DNA from: Candidatus Woesearchaeota archaeon
GTDB lineage: Archaea > Nanobdellota > Nanobdellia > SCGC-AAA011-G17 > UBA489
Direction: 5' to 3'
DNA length: 64,000 nt
Assembly: GCA_964366415.1 (NCBI GenBank)
Contig: CAYITG010000001.1
Coordinates: 515,203 to 579,202, forward strand
Shown here: positions 38,016 to 49,255 of the stretch, piece after piece
Position numbering within the stretch: position 1 is the stretch's first letter
Layout: every line of letters begins with the position of its first letter
Notes under the pieces: generated by a model
Told to the model about the DNA's origin: nothing
What the model saw: the letters and a program-made list of their open reading frames with translations, nothing else
The model's database searches: none
Position numbers and translations under genes: made by a program

Positions 38016-38447
38016 CTAAGAAGCAGATGTTGCATTGGTTATTTCTTTTTTTGTTTTAATGCGTGGGATAGGGACATGAAATGGCAGTTCTAAGTCTTCT
38101 TCCAACCTTAATGCCTTAATATTGCACTTAGAGAGAATAAAGTTAAATATTGGGGCTGCAATTTCGGGTTTAATCTTCTTATTTTTAGTCCAATTTTCTA
38201 AAATTTCTTTGATTGTTTTACTATCATTCATATAGGTAACATTGCCTTCAATTTCTAAAGAAGCAATATTTGGCTGATAGACTACTGAAAAAACAAATTT
38301 CATATTAAGAGCTTTCTCTTTTGTTAAAGAAGATAATGCTTCTTCAGAGATATGTGTTACTTGAAGATTGTTTTTTGCTTCAATTGTTCCTTTAGCCTGT
38401 TCTTTCTTTTGAATAGCAATTTTATCCAAACGATAATTAATAATCAT
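38016..38447 (-). CDS. hypothetical protein
   Basis: 143-aa ORF. Confidence 0.35.
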   Translation of the reverse strand: MIINYRLDKIAIQKKEQAKGTIEAKNNLQVTHISEEALSSLTKEKALNMKFVFSVVYQPNIASLEIEGNVTYMNDSKTIKEILENWTKNKKIKPEIAAPIFNFILSKCNIKALRLEEDLELPFHVPIPRIKTKKEITNATSAS

Positions 38448-38480
38448 CGATTTCTTTACCTAAAAAGGGATATATAAATG

Positions 38481-40349
38481 TTATTCTTTTGTTATGCTTC
38501 TAAGAATTGTTTCCTTGCCTTTCCATACTAAGGCTTGTTTTAGAACTTCTCGTATATTTTCAACCGGGATTATGTTAATTTTTTTCTTATTTTCATCTGA
38601 AAGTAGAATATCTTTCTCATTAGCTTTAGGAACAATAACATTTTTAATGCCGGCGTGAATGGCCGCTTCTACTTTTTGTGTGACTCCTCCAACAGCGAGA
38701 ACTTCTCCCCGAACAGATAGCGAACCAGTCATAGCTGTGTCCTGGCGCACAGGGATATTTTTTAATGCGGAGATAATCGCTGTTGCAACGGCAATAGATG
38801 CTGAGTCACCATCCACCCCTCCTTGTTCTGATGCTGTTTGCAAGAATTGAACGAATATATCATATTTTTCTTTGATATCTTCCCCAAAATATTTTAAAAT
38901 GATGGCTGAAACATTCTTGACTGCTTCTTGAGCAATTTGCCCTAGTTTTCCTGTAGCAACAAATTCTGCTTTTTTCCCTCCAGGCGTTACTTCAGACTCG
39001 ATAGGCAGAACCAAACCAGAGAAGTATGAATCTGATCCTAAGACCGCAAGCCCATTTACTCTTCCTACTCTTTCTCCTTGCGTGAGAATGACTTCATATT
39101 TTTTCTTATTTTCTATATATTTGTCCACCATTTGCTGTTCTAATGTTCTGGCAAACGTTTTTGCTTTTTTCACGTGATCTGCAAGCACATAAGGGGCCTT
39201 TTCTTCTAGTGCAACATCTCCTGCTGCACGGACTAAACCCCCAAGTTCACGTAAGCGTAATGTTAATTTTTCAGAAATACCTGCTCGAACTCTTGCTTCT
39301 TGAATAATGACTTCAACTGCTTCTTTTGTAAAATGAGAAATTTTTTTATCCTTCGTCACTTCTTGAGCAATAAATGTAGCAATTTTCATTCTATTTTCTG
39401 GCGTGTCGTCCATCATACTATTCATATGCACTTCATATCCATATCCTCTGATTCTAGAACGCAACGCAGGATGCATTTTTTGCATTGTTTCGTTTGTTCC
39501 TGCGGCTACGAGAATAAAATCTGTTGGAACTGGATCGGAACGCACCATAGCACCAGAAGAACGCTCAGATTGGCCTGTGATAGGATATTTCTTTTCTTGC
39601 ATGGCCGTTAATAATTCTTGTTGTGAATGGCGTTGTAAATTCCCTATTTCATCAATAAATAATACTCCTTTGTTGGCTTTGTGTATCATTCCCGGAACAA
39701 GGCGTTCATATGCTGGTGTTCCTAACCCCCCAGATTGTAAAGGGTCGTGCAACACGTCCCCTAGAAGAGCGCCGGCATGGGCTCCTGTTGCATCTAAAAA
39801 AGGGATTTTTTTATTACCTGCATTGTCAATTACTAATTTAGGAACTTTTAGTGCATTCTTCATTTTGCGGTTTATATTCATGAATAATACCATAGAGGCT
39901 AGAAAGATCATCGATCCTATTAATGAGGCTGCAGCCATAATATCCCCATATTCTCTCCTTACCCACCAAGGGGTTATGATTGCTATGGCAATAAGGAAAA
40001 AAAAGAGAAGATTTTGGTTTTTGAATGAAGCTGTCGCTTGGATTTTTGCTTTATTCACCATTTCCATACCTTGACCACGAGGCATTGTTTTGATCATAGG
40101 TGCATTTTCATCTATAGGGTTGGGAAAAGATAGTATATCGACTAAGTTTTCTTTAGGAAGAAGTTCTGCAAGGGCCTGACCCGTTAATGACTTTCCTGTT
40201 CCAGGTTCCCCTATCAATAAGACATTTCTGTGTTGTTTTGCAGCTTTTTTGACAATATTTATGGCTTCATCTTGTCCAATAATTTGATCTATTAATCTCT
40301 TAGAAATTGAAATTTCAGCAGTTGTTTTATAAGTTGGGAGAGGACTCAT
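38481..40349 (-). CDS. lonB: archaeal membrane-bound Lon protease (LonB)
   Basis: Walker A GEPGTGKS; TM helices inserted in the AAA+ domain; C-terminal S16 protease domain. Confidence 0.9.
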   Translation of the reverse strand: MSPLPTYKTTAEISISKRLIDQIIGQDEAINIVKKAAKQHRNVLLIGEPGTGKSLTGQALAELLPKENLVDILSFPNPIDENAPMIKTMPRGQGMEMVNKAKIQATASFKNQNLLFFFLIAIAIITPWWVRREYGDIMAAASLIGSMIFLASMVLFMNINRKMKNALKVPKLVIDNAGNKKIPFLDATGAHAGALLGDVLHDPLQSGGLGTPAYERLVPGMIHKANKGVLFIDEIGNLQRHSQQELLTAMQEKKYPITGQSERSSGAMVRSDPVPTDFILVAAGTNETMQKMHPALRSRIRGYGYEVHMNSMMDDTPENRMKIATFIAQEVTKDKKISHFTKEAVEVIIQEARVRAGISEKLTLRLRELGGLVRAAGDVALEEKAPYVLADHVKKAKTFARTLEQQMVDKYIENKKKYEVILTQGERVGRVNGLAVLGSDSYFSGLVLPIESEVTPGGKKAEFVATGKLGQIAQEAVKNVSAIILKYFGEDIKEKYDIFVQFLQTASEQGGVDGDSASIAVATAIISALKNIPVRQDTAMTGSLSVRGEVLAVGGVTQKVEAAIHAGIKNVIVPKANEKDILLSDENKKKINIIPVENIREVLKQALVWKGKETILRSITKE

Positions 40350-40399
40350 GGGATTTTATCTCTTCTCATTCATTAAGAATAATCCTTTATAAGATTTGT

Positions 40400-40663
40400 T
40401 TATAATATATCTTCTTCTGCAACAACAACAAAGTCGCCTACCGCTATTACGGCAGAAAAAGGAATCATTAGGTCGCCGTTATGATCTTTTTCTAAATCAA
40501 GCCCTTCCGTATATGAGGTAGGATTACGTAAGACTATATGAATTAATTCACCTGTTCTTGTTTCAAAGGAAATGTTGCCTACTTCACCAAATCTTTTACC
40601 AGATTTTGTCACTACTGTTTTTCCAAGAAGCTGTTTAGAATATTTTTTGTCATCCTCTGGCAT
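40400..40663 (-). CDS. PRC-barrel domain protein
   Basis: LLGKTVVTKSGKRFGEVGNISFE... PRC-barrel signature. Confidence 0.6.
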   Translation of the reverse strand: MPEDDKKYSKQLLGKTVVTKSGKRFGEVGNISFETRTGELIHIVLRNPTSYTEGLDLEKDHNGDLMIPFSAVIAVGDFVVVAEEDIL

Positions 40664-40739
40664 AGTGCGTGTGATAGACTGATTCTTTATAAACTTTTGG
40701 ATTGGTGAGTAGTGAAAGTTTTTAGAATATTTTTACTTT

Positions 40740-41060
40740 TTAAAATGAAACCCTCACACCTTCATTTCTCTTGGAAATCTTTATTTTTATTCAATATTCT
40801 TCTATTTTCTCTTCTTTTTTTATAATATTATATGAACTTTTTATATTAAAATAAAAAGAAAAAGATAAAGAAGATCGTTTTATTATCTTATTATTATATA
40901 TTTATTTTTTTATTTTTAAATTTTTCTATTATCTTATATATATTTTCAAAAACTTCTAAAAAATTTTCATTTTTTTATGAAACTTATCTAAATTTTTTAT
41001 TTTCTTTTTTTCCACTTGCAAACAAGGGGTGGGGTGTAGCGTTTCGAGTACAGATAATCT
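40740..41060. other. predicted replication origin (oriC): AT-rich unwinding region flanked by inverted ORB-like elements
   Basis: ORB-like tTCCACTTGCAAACAAGGGGTGGGGTG at 41010..41037 and an inverted degenerate copy at 40746..40777; ~230 nt of very AT-rich DNA between them; directly upstream of orc1/cdc6. Confidence 0.5.
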
Positions 41061-41075
41061 TAAATAGTTTATATG
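41059..41075 (+). promoter_or_regulatory. TATA-like element for a leaderless orc1/cdc6 transcript
   Basis: cttaaatagtttatatg centred ~26 nt upstream of the ATG at 41090. Confidence 0.35.
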
Positions 41076-41089
41076 GACTTTTTCTCACA

Positions 41090-42304
41090 ATGGGTCAAAA
41101 ACTTACGGAGTTTTTAGAAGGATATATTAAAAAGAGATCACTTTTCAAAAATAAAAGAGCATTACAAGCAAATTATACACCTACTACAGTTCCTTATCGT
41201 ACAGATCAAATTAATCAGATCGCAAGTATTCTCGCACCAAGTCTTCGTTTAGATAAACCGAGTAATATTTTTGTTTATGGGAAAACTGGAACAGGTAAAA
41301 CCTTAGTTGCACAACATATTGCTGAAAATCTTCGTAAAATAGCAGAAGAAAACAATATTTCTTTAGGGGTCTTTTATCTTAATTGTAAGCTAAAACGCAT
41401 TGCTGACACAGAATATCGCATGATTGCGCAATTATGTAGGGAGTTTGGAGAAGAAGTTCCTGCAACTGGTTTACCTACTGATGAAATATATAAAATCTTT
41501 GTTAAAGCTTTAGAAAAGAAAAAAATGATTCTTATCCTTGTTCTAGATGAAATTGACCAACTTGTTAAAAAAATAGGAGATGAAATCTTATATAATCTAA
41601 CACGACTTAATTCAGAACTTAAAGAATCTCAACTTTCTTTCATAGGGATTAGTAATGATCTTATGTTTATTGATAATGTGGATCCTCGTGTAAAAAGTAG
41701 TTTAAGTGAGGAAGAAATCGTCTTTCCACCTTATAATGCCATACAATTACAAAAAATTTTACAACAACGTTCAAAAGTCGCTTTTTTTGATAATATTGTT
41801 CATGATGGTGTTGTCGAAAAGTGCGCAGCTTATGCTGCGAGAGAACATGGTGATGCACGACGAGCTTTAGAACTTTTACGCGTTGCTGGAGAACTTGCAG
41901 AACGTAAAGGATCTGAGCATGTTGCAGAAGAAGATATTGATATTGCCGAAGAGAAAATAGAGCGTGATAGAGTTCTTGATATTATCTCTACCCAACCTAA
42001 ACAGTTTAAACTTACCTTGCATAGCATTGTAACCCTTTGTAATGCCAATAACAGTAACTCATCAAAAATATTTACCGGCGATATTTATAATATCTACCAA
42101 GAAGTTTGTTTGAAGTGTCACCTTAAACCTCTTACTCAACGGCGCGTAAGCGATATTATTGCAGAACTTGACATGCTCGGCATTATCAACGCAAAAGTCA
42201 TTAGCAAGGGAAGATATGGAAGAACCAAAGAGATTTCATTAGCAATCCCTAATGAACTTTCTCTTAAAATTCACTCTTTACTTAAGGAATCTTTGGATTT
42301 ATAA
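41090..42304 (+). CDS. orc1: Orc1/Cdc6 replication initiator
   Basis: Walker A YGKTGTGKT; Walker B LVLDEIDQL; C-terminal winged helix. Confidence 0.9.
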   Translation: MGQKLTEFLEGYIKKRSLFKNKRALQANYTPTTVPYRTDQINQIASILAPSLRLDKPSNIFVYGKTGTGKTLVAQHIAENLRKIAEENNISLGVFYLNCKLKRIADTEYRMIAQLCREFGEEVPATGLPTDEIYKIFVKALEKKKMILILVLDEIDQLVKKIGDEILYNLTRLNSELKESQLSFIGISNDLMFIDNVDPRVKSSLSEEEIVFPPYNAIQLQKILQQRSKVAFFDNIVHDGVVEKCAAYAAREHGDARRALELLRVAGELAERKGSEHVAEEDIDIAEEKIERDRVLDIISTQPKQFKLTLHSIVTLCNANNSNSSKIFTGDIYNIYQEVCLKCHLKPLTQRRVSDIIAELDMLGIINAKVISKGRYGRTKEISLAIPNELSLKIHSLLKESLDL

Positions 42305-42305
42305 C

Positions 42306-43967
42306 ATGGATCATGACACTCAGCGAAACATTGTTCAAACTCTTTTACAAGAGGGATTTCTTGTTAGCCCAGACCTTTTTCATGTTGATGATCTCACTTC
42401 AGAACGAGTCACAAAAATACTTCGTGATTCTCATTTATCTGATCAGCCTTTTGTTGTTTTAACAAAAGATGTTTATTATGCTTTTAGTCGCTCTCCTTTA
42501 AATCATCATTCTCAAGATATTGATTGGCTTGAATTTGATGGTAGTAGGGTTCTCTATGAGAAAAAAAAGAATACTAAACCTTACCGCGCTTTTTTAGAAA
42601 CTTTTTTACCTCTAACATCTGTTCAAACTTCTCCTTCTCTTGCTTTACAAGGGTCTATGCCTTTACAACGTGTAGAACCGTCTCTTCCTGCTTTACCCTC
42701 TCTTGTTCAGGTTATCAAAAGTTATGATGAACCTAGCAAGAAAAGAGGAATAAAAGATTTTGTGAGTCACTATAAACATCGTTATACTTTTATCAGTAAT
42801 CTTTTACGCCATCGCACTGAATTACAAAATGTTCTTTCCATACATCGCGTTAAAGGCAAACAACCCCAAGATCCGGTTGCTATTATCGGAATTGTTTATG
42901 ACAAACAAATCACAAAAAATGGTAATGTTATTTTAACTTTAGAAGATCCTACCGGACAATACAAAGTTTTTCTTAATAAAGATGGGCCTGCAAAGGACAT
43001 GATCCCCTATGTCACCTTCGATGAAGTTATTGGTGTTACAGGGACTATCAAGAATGATCTTCTTTTTGCACAAGGGGTTTTTTTCCCAGACGTTCCTTTT
43101 GATCATAAGGGAAAAACAACTCCTGATGATGTGTGCGCTGTTTTTATTTCAGATGTTCATATTGGAAGCAAACTCTTCTTGGAAAAAGAATTTTTGCGCT
43201 TTGTCGATTGGCTTAATGGAAAAGTTGGAAACGAAATACAAAAGGCCTTAGCAAAAAAAGTGCAATACCTTTTTATTGTTGGAGATGTTATTGATGGGGT
43301 CGGAGTTTATCCTGGCCAGGAAACTGAGCTTTCTATTAAGGATGTTTATGAACAATATAAACACACAAAGAAGCTCCTTGCCCTTATTCGTGATGATATT
43401 CAGATTATTATGTGCCCTGGCAATCACGACTCTGTTCGTATTGCTGAGCCTCAACCTCGCATGAATGAATTCAGTCAGGCTCTTCTTGAATTGAAAAACC
43501 TCACTCTCGTTAGCAATCCTTCTTTCGTCACTATTCATAAAAATAACACTTTTGAAGGTGTTGATGTTCTTTTGTATCATGGTTTTAGTTATGATTTTTA
43601 TGCTGCTTCTATTGAACCTATTCGCACGGGTGGCGCATATGATCGTGTTGATTTGATTATGAAATATCTTCTACAGAAACGCCATTTAGCCCCTTCCCAT
43701 ACTTCTACCCAATTTGTTCCCAGCATGGTAGAAGATCCTCTACTTATTGAAAAAGTTCCAGATATTTTTGTTTCTGGTCATATTCATAAAAGTTATGTAA
43801 GCAGTTATAATGGCGTTATGCTTGTAGGATGCAGTTGTTGGCAATCTAAAACAGGATTCCAAGAAAAAATGGGCCATAACCCTGACCCCGGTCGTGTTCC
43901 TGTTATGAACCTTAAAACTCGAGATGTTACCATCATGAACTTTTGTGAGGAAATGGAGGCTTCTTGA
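42306..43967 (+). CDS. polB: DNA polymerase II (PolD) small subunit DP1
   Basis: OB-fold plus calcineurin-like PDE domain VFISDVHIGS...LFIVGDVIDG...CPGNHD...SGHIH; ATG 2 nt after the orc1 stop. Confidence 0.85.
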   Translation: MDHDTQRNIVQTLLQEGFLVSPDLFHVDDLTSERVTKILRDSHLSDQPFVVLTKDVYYAFSRSPLNHHSQDIDWLEFDGSRVLYEKKKNTKPYRAFLETFLPLTSVQTSPSLALQGSMPLQRVEPSLPALPSLVQVIKSYDEPSKKRGIKDFVSHYKHRYTFISNLLRHRTELQNVLSIHRVKGKQPQDPVAIIGIVYDKQITKNGNVILTLEDPTGQYKVFLNKDGPAKDMIPYVTFDEVIGVTGTIKNDLLFAQGVFFPDVPFDHKGKTTPDDVCAVFISDVHIGSKLFLEKEFLRFVDWLNGKVGNEIQKALAKKVQYLFIVGDVIDGVGVYPGQETELSIKDVYEQYKHTKKLLALIRDDIQIIMCPGNHDSVRIAEPQPRMNEFSQALLELKNLTLVSNPSFVTIHKNNTFEGVDVLLYHGFSYDFYAASIEPIRTGGAYDRVDLIMKYLLQKRHLAPSHTSTQFVPSMVEDPLLIEKVPDIFVSGHIHKSYVSSYNGVMLVGCSCWQSKTGFQEKMGHNPDPGRVPVMNLKTRDVTIMNFCEEMEAS

Positions 43968-46900
43968 TGGAGCAGTACTTTGCCAAAATTGAACGTGACG
44001 TGAAGGACGCTTATGCGTTATGTCAGAAGGCACGTGCAAAAGGAAAAGATCCTGCTCGAGAAGTTGAAGTTCTTTTGGCTAAAAATATGGCTGAGCGTGT
44101 CGTTGGTCTTATTTCTATTGTTTCTGATAAGATTAAAGATAGTGGCGTTGTTGAACGCATTGCTGAACTTGAAAAAATTTATGGAGCACAAGATTGGAGG
44201 GTTGCTTTGACTATTGCCTTTGAGGTTGCTCAACAAAAATTTTGCGCCTTTAAAGACCAGCGTGAGGCTATGGAAGTTGGCATTCGCGTCGGTATTGCTT
44301 ATATTACTAATGGGGTTGTCAGCAGCCCTTTAGAAGGATTTACTCGCTTAGAAATTAAAAAACGTAAGGATGGTAAAGAATATTTTGCCCTTTACTTTTC
44401 TGGGCCTATTCGCAGCGCTGGAGGAACTGGTGCTAGTGTTTCTGTTCTTATTGGGGACTATGTACGCATTATGTGCGGGTATGCTCCTTATGATCCCACA
44501 CCACAAGAAATTAAACGCGCCGTTACTGAATTATACGATTATCATGAACGTGTCACTAATCTTCAATATTTACCTAGTGAAGAAGAAATTGAGTTTATGG
44601 TGGAGCACTTACCTGTTCAAATTGATGGTGAACCTAGCGAAAAAATGGAAGTAAGTAATCATAAACGACTTGAACGTATTGCTACTGACCGCATCCGTGG
44701 AGGCGTTTGTCTTGTTGTTGGGGAAGGCATCTGTCAAAAAGCTCAGAAAGTGAACAAACAACTTTCTAAGTGGGGAAAAGATTTTGGATTAACTGCTTGG
44801 GCCTTTTTAGATGATTTTCTTAAGTTACAATCTAAGATGAAGGCAAAAATTACTGTTAACGATCAGATGAAGATTAAACCGGATTTTACTTTTATCAAAG
44901 ACCTTGTTGCTGGAAGACCTGTTTTTACACATCCTCTTCGTAATGGTGGTTTTCGTTTGCGCTATGGGAGAACACGCAGTTCTGGTTTATCTGCGCAGGC
45001 CGTACATCCAGCTACTATGGTTGTTTTGCATAACTTTGTTGCCATTGGGACTCAATTTAAAGTTGAACGTCCTGGAAAAAGTAGTGTTGTTGCCAGTTGT
45101 TCCTCTCTGGAAGGGCCTCTTGTAAAATTGCAAGATGGAAGTGTTGTTGCCTTACGCACTGTTGACCAAGCTAAGAAAGTTTTACCTCAGATGTTGGAGG
45201 TTCTTTACTTAGGTGACTTGCTTATTAGCTATGGAGACTTTTTTAATCGAGGGCATCCTCTCGTTCCTGTTGGATATTGTGAAGAGTGGTGGGTTTTAGA
45301 ACTACAAAAAGCAGTCCAAGGCAGAGATCTTGGAGATGATCGTGCGCTTGTGGAAACTATTACGCAGAATCCTTTTGCTTCAATTTCTTTTTCTGATGCC
45401 TTGCGTTTTACAGAACTTTATAATATTCCTCTTCATCCACGATATACTCTCTATTGGACTTCTTTAGAACGTACAGATATTCCTCTTCTTTTAGATTGGT
45501 TACAGAAGGGAAACTGCACCGATGAAAAAATTGTTTTACCTTATCGCGAGGGACGAGAGAAGAGGGCTTTAGAATTACTAGGTGTTGAACATGCCGTTGT
45601 AGGAACAGAATATGTTGTCATTAAAGGCAGTTCTGCTGCTTCACTTCTGGCAAGCATACGTAACATAGATGTTCATAAAGAGAATATTTTAGACATGCTT
45701 AATCCTGTCCTGCATATGCGTGATAAGAATGGCACATACGTTGGCGCACGCATGGGGCGTCCAGAAAAAGCAAAGATGCGCAAACTTACTGGAAGTCCCC
45801 AGGCACTTTTTCCTGTTGGAGAAGAAGGTGGAAGAATGCGTTGTTTCCAAGAAGCTTTGAAGAAAGGGTATGTTGAAGCGCAATTTCCCTTGTTTTATTG
45901 TGAACCTTGCAAGCTTACTACCTTGTATTTATGCTGTGAACAATGTGGAGGAAATACTCAACCCCATTATTATTGTTTTCAATGTAAAAAAGAAAATTCT
46001 ATGAAGTGCCACGAAGTTGCTGTTCCTTATTCGCAACGAAGAATTGATATTAAACATTTTTTTGACTCTGCTCTTTCTTTCCTAGGAACAAAACAATATC
46101 CTGAGCTCATTAAAGGTGTGCGGGGAACAAGTAATAGAGAGCACATTCCTGAGCACCTCACTAAAGGTATTTTACGGGCCATTCACAATTTGTATATCAA
46201 TAAAGATGGCACTATTCGCTATGATATGACTGAGATGCCTTTAACCCACTTTACTCCGCGAGAGATTGGAACGCCCGTCCAGAAATTACGTGTTTTAGGA
46301 TATGACAAAGACATTCATGGACAACCCTTAACGCATGACGATCAAATCCTTGAACTGCGTATTCAAGATATTATTTTGCCTGCCGCCTCTGAAAGTTTAG
46401 ATGAACCTTCAGATCATGTTTTCTTTCGTGTTGCGCAGTTCATTGATGACCTCTTGGAAAAACTTTATGGATTGCCTCCTTATTACAAACTAAAGCAAGC
46501 ATCTGATCTTGTAGGACATTATGTTATTGGATTAGCACCACACATTAGTGCGGGCGTTGTTGGAAGGATTATTGGATTTAGTAAAACTCAAGTCATTCTT
46601 GCACATCCTTACTTTCACAGCATTGTTAGGAGGGATTGTGATGGTGATGAAATGGCTGTTATGCTCCTTGTTGATACTTTATTGAATTTTTCTCGCAAAT
46701 ATTTACCAAATCATCGTGGGGCTACACAAGATACTCCTTTAGTGTTAAGCAGTCGCATCATTCCTAAAGAAGTTGATGATATGGTATATGATATGGATGT
46801 TGGTTGGAAATATCCTTTAGAACTTTATGAAGGAGCACTCCAATACAAGAAGATCACTGAGGTACAAATCCAACAATTGAAACCACGCATCGGAACAGAT

Positions 46901-47383
46901 TTGCAATTTACTGATTTTGGATATACACACCCTGTTGAAGATGTTAACTTTGGCGTTCGTTGCAGCGCGTATAAAAGTATTCCTACGATGGAAGATAAAG
47001 TAAAGGGACAACTTGAGATTGCAGAGCAATTGAGAGCTGTTGACCAAGATGATGTTGCACGTTTGGTTATTGATAGGCATTTTATCCGCGATATTAAAGG
47101 AAATCTTAGAAAATTTAGCACACAACAATTTCGCTGTGTGAAGTGCAATGAGAAGTATCGAAGACCTCCCTTGTATGGCTCTTGCTTGAAATGTGACGGG
47201 AATATTGTTTTTACTGTTGCTGAAGGCAGCATCATTAAATATTTGGAACCAAGCATGAGCTTGATTGGGAAGTACAACTTACCACCATACCTCATACAAA
47301 GCTTACAAATAACTAAAGAAAGAATTGAAAGCATTTTTGGAAAAGATAAAGACAAACAAGAAGGATTAGGTAAGTGGTTTTAA
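43964..47383 (+). CDS. polC: DNA polymerase II (PolD) large subunit DP2
   Basis: 1139 aa; conserved DP2 regions and C-terminal Zn fingers (CVKCNEKYRRPPLYGSCLKC); ATGA overlap with DP1. Confidence 0.9.
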   Translation: MMEQYFAKIERDVKDAYALCQKARAKGKDPAREVEVLLAKNMAERVVGLISIVSDKIKDSGVVERIAELEKIYGAQDWRVALTIAFEVAQQKFCAFKDQREAMEVGIRVGIAYITNGVVSSPLEGFTRLEIKKRKDGKEYFALYFSGPIRSAGGTGASVSVLIGDYVRIMCGYAPYDPTPQEIKRAVTELYDYHERVTNLQYLPSEEEIEFMVEHLPVQIDGEPSEKMEVSNHKRLERIATDRIRGGVCLVVGEGICQKAQKVNKQLSKWGKDFGLTAWAFLDDFLKLQSKMKAKITVNDQMKIKPDFTFIKDLVAGRPVFTHPLRNGGFRLRYGRTRSSGLSAQAVHPATMVVLHNFVAIGTQFKVERPGKSSVVASCSSLEGPLVKLQDGSVVALRTVDQAKKVLPQMLEVLYLGDLLISYGDFFNRGHPLVPVGYCEEWWVLELQKAVQGRDLGDDRALVETITQNPFASISFSDALRFTELYNIPLHPRYTLYWTSLERTDIPLLLDWLQKGNCTDEKIVLPYREGREKRALELLGVEHAVVGTEYVVIKGSSAASLLASIRNIDVHKENILDMLNPVLHMRDKNGTYVGARMGRPEKAKMRKLTGSPQALFPVGEEGGRMRCFQEALKKGYVEAQFPLFYCEPCKLTTLYLCCEQCGGNTQPHYYCFQCKKENSMKCHEVAVPYSQRRIDIKHFFDSALSFLGTKQYPELIKGVRGTSNREHIPEHLTKGILRAIHNLYINKDGTIRYDMTEMPLTHFTPREIGTPVQKLRVLGYDKDIHGQPLTHDDQILELRIQDIILPAASESLDEPSDHVFFRVAQFIDDLLEKLYGLPPYYKLKQASDLVGHYVIGLAPHISAGVVGRIIGFSKTQVILAHPYFHSIVRRDCDGDEMAVMLLVDTLLNFSRKYLPNHRGATQDTPLVLSSRIIPKEVDDMVYDMDVGWKYPLELYEGALQYKKITEVQIQQLKPRIGTDLQFTDFGYTHPVEDVNFGVRCSAYKSIPTMEDKVKGQLEIAEQLRAVDQDDVARLVIDRHFIRDIKGNLRKFSTQQFRCVKCNEKYRRPPLYGSCLKCDGNIVFTVAEGSIIKYLEPSMSLIGKYNLPPYLIQSLQITKERIESIFGKDKDKQEGLGKWF

Positions 47384-47427
47384 ATTCGTTATCTTTTTAA
47401 ATTCATTTTCGGTTACAACTTTTTCTC

Positions 47428-47550
47428 ATGAAAATTGAGCACTATAAAAAATGTCCTAAATGTGGGTGTGTATCTTATGGCATTACTCGTTATGGCAGTC
47501 AGGAATGGCTTTTTTGTGGAGCTTGCAAGATTGTTTATGATTCTTTATAA
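47428..47550 (+). CDS. small Zn-ribbon protein (40 aa), not in ORF track
   Basis: MKIEHYKKCPKCGCVSYGITRYGSQEWLFCGACKIVYDSL. Confidence 0.3.
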   Translation: MKIEHYKKCPKCGCVSYGITRYGSQEWLFCGACKIVYDSL

Positions 47551-48741
47551 CACATACCATAGAATTGTTGAGAGCATCAAACACCCCATTAAATGATTTC
47601 TGCTAATGTTTTTGAAGACTGGAATAAATCCAATTGATGTTGCTGTGATAAGGACGAGGAGACTCCAGGGTCCTGAAAGGACTATCGATATCACTACAAT
47701 GATAACCATAATGATTATAGATATAAGTTGATAATTAACTTTTGATATAAGCAAGGAAAATTTCTTGGATATATAGATCATTGTTATTGTGATAGGAAAG
47801 CACAGTACTAGCGTTATTGCGATAAACATGAGCATTGCTGGCATATCTATCTCTTTGAGAATATTTACCATTGCTACGACTGCCCCATTTCTTGCTTTGT
47901 TTATTGCATAGAATGTCGCAACACTAATTATCATACTTACTGTATTTAATGCTCCGATAATCATCAGATATGTTTCGCGTGAATTATCTTTTGTGATTAA
48001 TGATGAGAACACTGCTGCTTGTGATGGCCCTAAGGAAGGCAGAAATGAGAAAAATGATCCTGTAATTACTGCATTGAGTGTTGTTTTTGAACACGTCTTT
48101 GTATTTAAGGGAGGAAAAGAAATTTTTTGTTGCTGAGGACGTTCTTTTGTCATCATTGAGCTTATTAAGGAAGGCATTCCAAATAGACCTGTCAGCAAGG
48201 GAAGCAATGGTTCTTTGATGATTTGAAGATTTAATGTTGTTATTCCAAGAATTCCGGCTGCAATGAAGGTGTACAAGGCAAAAAATTTGTTCTTTTCTTT
48301 GATCATCAATGTTACTGCAATGAGAATTAGTATTATTGGAATATGCACTTTTATGAAACTGTATGTTGCTTTCATTACTATAAAAAATAAAGGAAGCGCT
48401 ATTATCGTTACTATCAATGACGCTAAAGCACCGATGAGCGTGATGATGACTGCTTCATGGCCCTTTCCTTCCATTAAATATTGATGAGCAGGAAGCAGAG
48501 ATAATGCTGTACCTGAATCTGGCACACCTAGATATGTTGATGGGATAAAAGAGACGAATGTGTTTGTCAAAGCAATTACGTAGATCAATACTGCAACACT
48601 TAATGCACTTAATCCAAATGTTGTATGCGCATATATTGTTACAACTGCCGTTGCGAGCAAATTAGAGTGGATGCCTGGAACGAGTCCAGCAATAATTCCC
48701 AATATGAAACCCAATGTAGCCCCTATAAGAATATCTATCAT
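47545..48741 (-). CDS. TctA-family (DUF112) membrane transporter
   Basis: N-terminal GLVPGIHSNLLA motif; ~10 TM. Confidence 0.65.
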   Translation of the reverse strand: MIDILIGATLGFILGIIAGLVPGIHSNLLATAVVTIYAHTTFGLSALSVAVLIYVIALTNTFVSFIPSTYLGVPDSGTALSLLPAHQYLMEGKGHEAVIITLIGALASLIVTIIALPLFFIVMKATYSFIKVHIPIILILIAVTLMIKEKNKFFALYTFIAAGILGITTLNLQIIKEPLLPLLTGLFGMPSLISSMMTKERPQQQKISFPPLNTKTCSKTTLNAVITGSFFSFLPSLGPSQAAVFSSLITKDNSRETYLMIIGALNTVSMIISVATFYAINKARNGAVVAMVNILKEIDMPAMLMFIAITLVLCFPITITMIYISKKFSLLISKVNYQLISIIIMVIIVVISIVLSGPWSLLVLITATSIGFIPVFKNISRNHLMGCLMLSTILWYVL

Positions 48742-48743
48742 TT

Positions 48744-49124
48744 TTATCTTCCATTTTTTTCTAAAATTCGTATTTTTGCTGCTTCTATTTCCATTTCGTC
48801 TTTGTACATTTTTATTGTTCCTTGCACCTCTACTTTCATTTTTTTCTTTAACTTTAGTTCCATTCCTTTTTTATCTGTGATGACTTTCATTGTGTCTGAA
48901 CTATCTTTTATTTCTAGAATCATAATTGTTGGCGTATCAACTATAGAGGTTATTGTTCCAACAATTTTCACTTGTGCATTTTCGGGCATTTCTTCGAGAG
49001 AACTCATTAATATGGCGTCTTCTGCTTGTCTTGGTAGTTTTGCCGATAACAAAAACAAAAGAGACATTCCTATCAGAGAAACGATTAGCACTATCTTTAG
49101 CAATACTGTTTCTTCTTTTAACAT
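48744..49124 (-). CDS. membrane-anchored OB-fold protein
   Basis: N-terminal TM, then VKIVGTITSIVD...MILEIKD (OB-fold/BOF-like). Confidence 0.4.
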   Translation of the reverse strand: MLKEETVLLKIVLIVSLIGMSLLFLLSAKLPRQAEDAILMSSLEEMPENAQVKIVGTITSIVDTPTIMILEIKDSSDTMKVITDKKGMELKLKKKMKVEVQGTIKMYKDEMEIEAAKIRILEKNGR

Positions 49125-49255
49125 TACAAGAATTGAATTATTTGTTTTTAAATGCGTTTAGATCTTTTAACCGCAACTATATCGCTTTTTTCGTATTTTT
49201 TTCTTTTTATCACAGAAGATTTTTTATACCTCTATTTCTTTACGTATTTTATCCC

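Noticed and set aside
39300-40074. Plus-strand ORFs 39300..39611 and 39403..40074
   Set aside because: They lie antisense within the well-supported LonB gene.
40780-41000. Possible CRISPR array or tandem repeat in the AT-rich tract
   Set aside because: No regularly spaced direct repeats were seen, only low-complexity A/T runs. It is better explained as the origin unwinding element.
43009-47355. Internal ORFs on both strands within the DP1/DP2 genes (e.g. 43009..43251, 46825..47355)
   Set aside because: They are fully contained within the conserved polD genes and have no independent signals.
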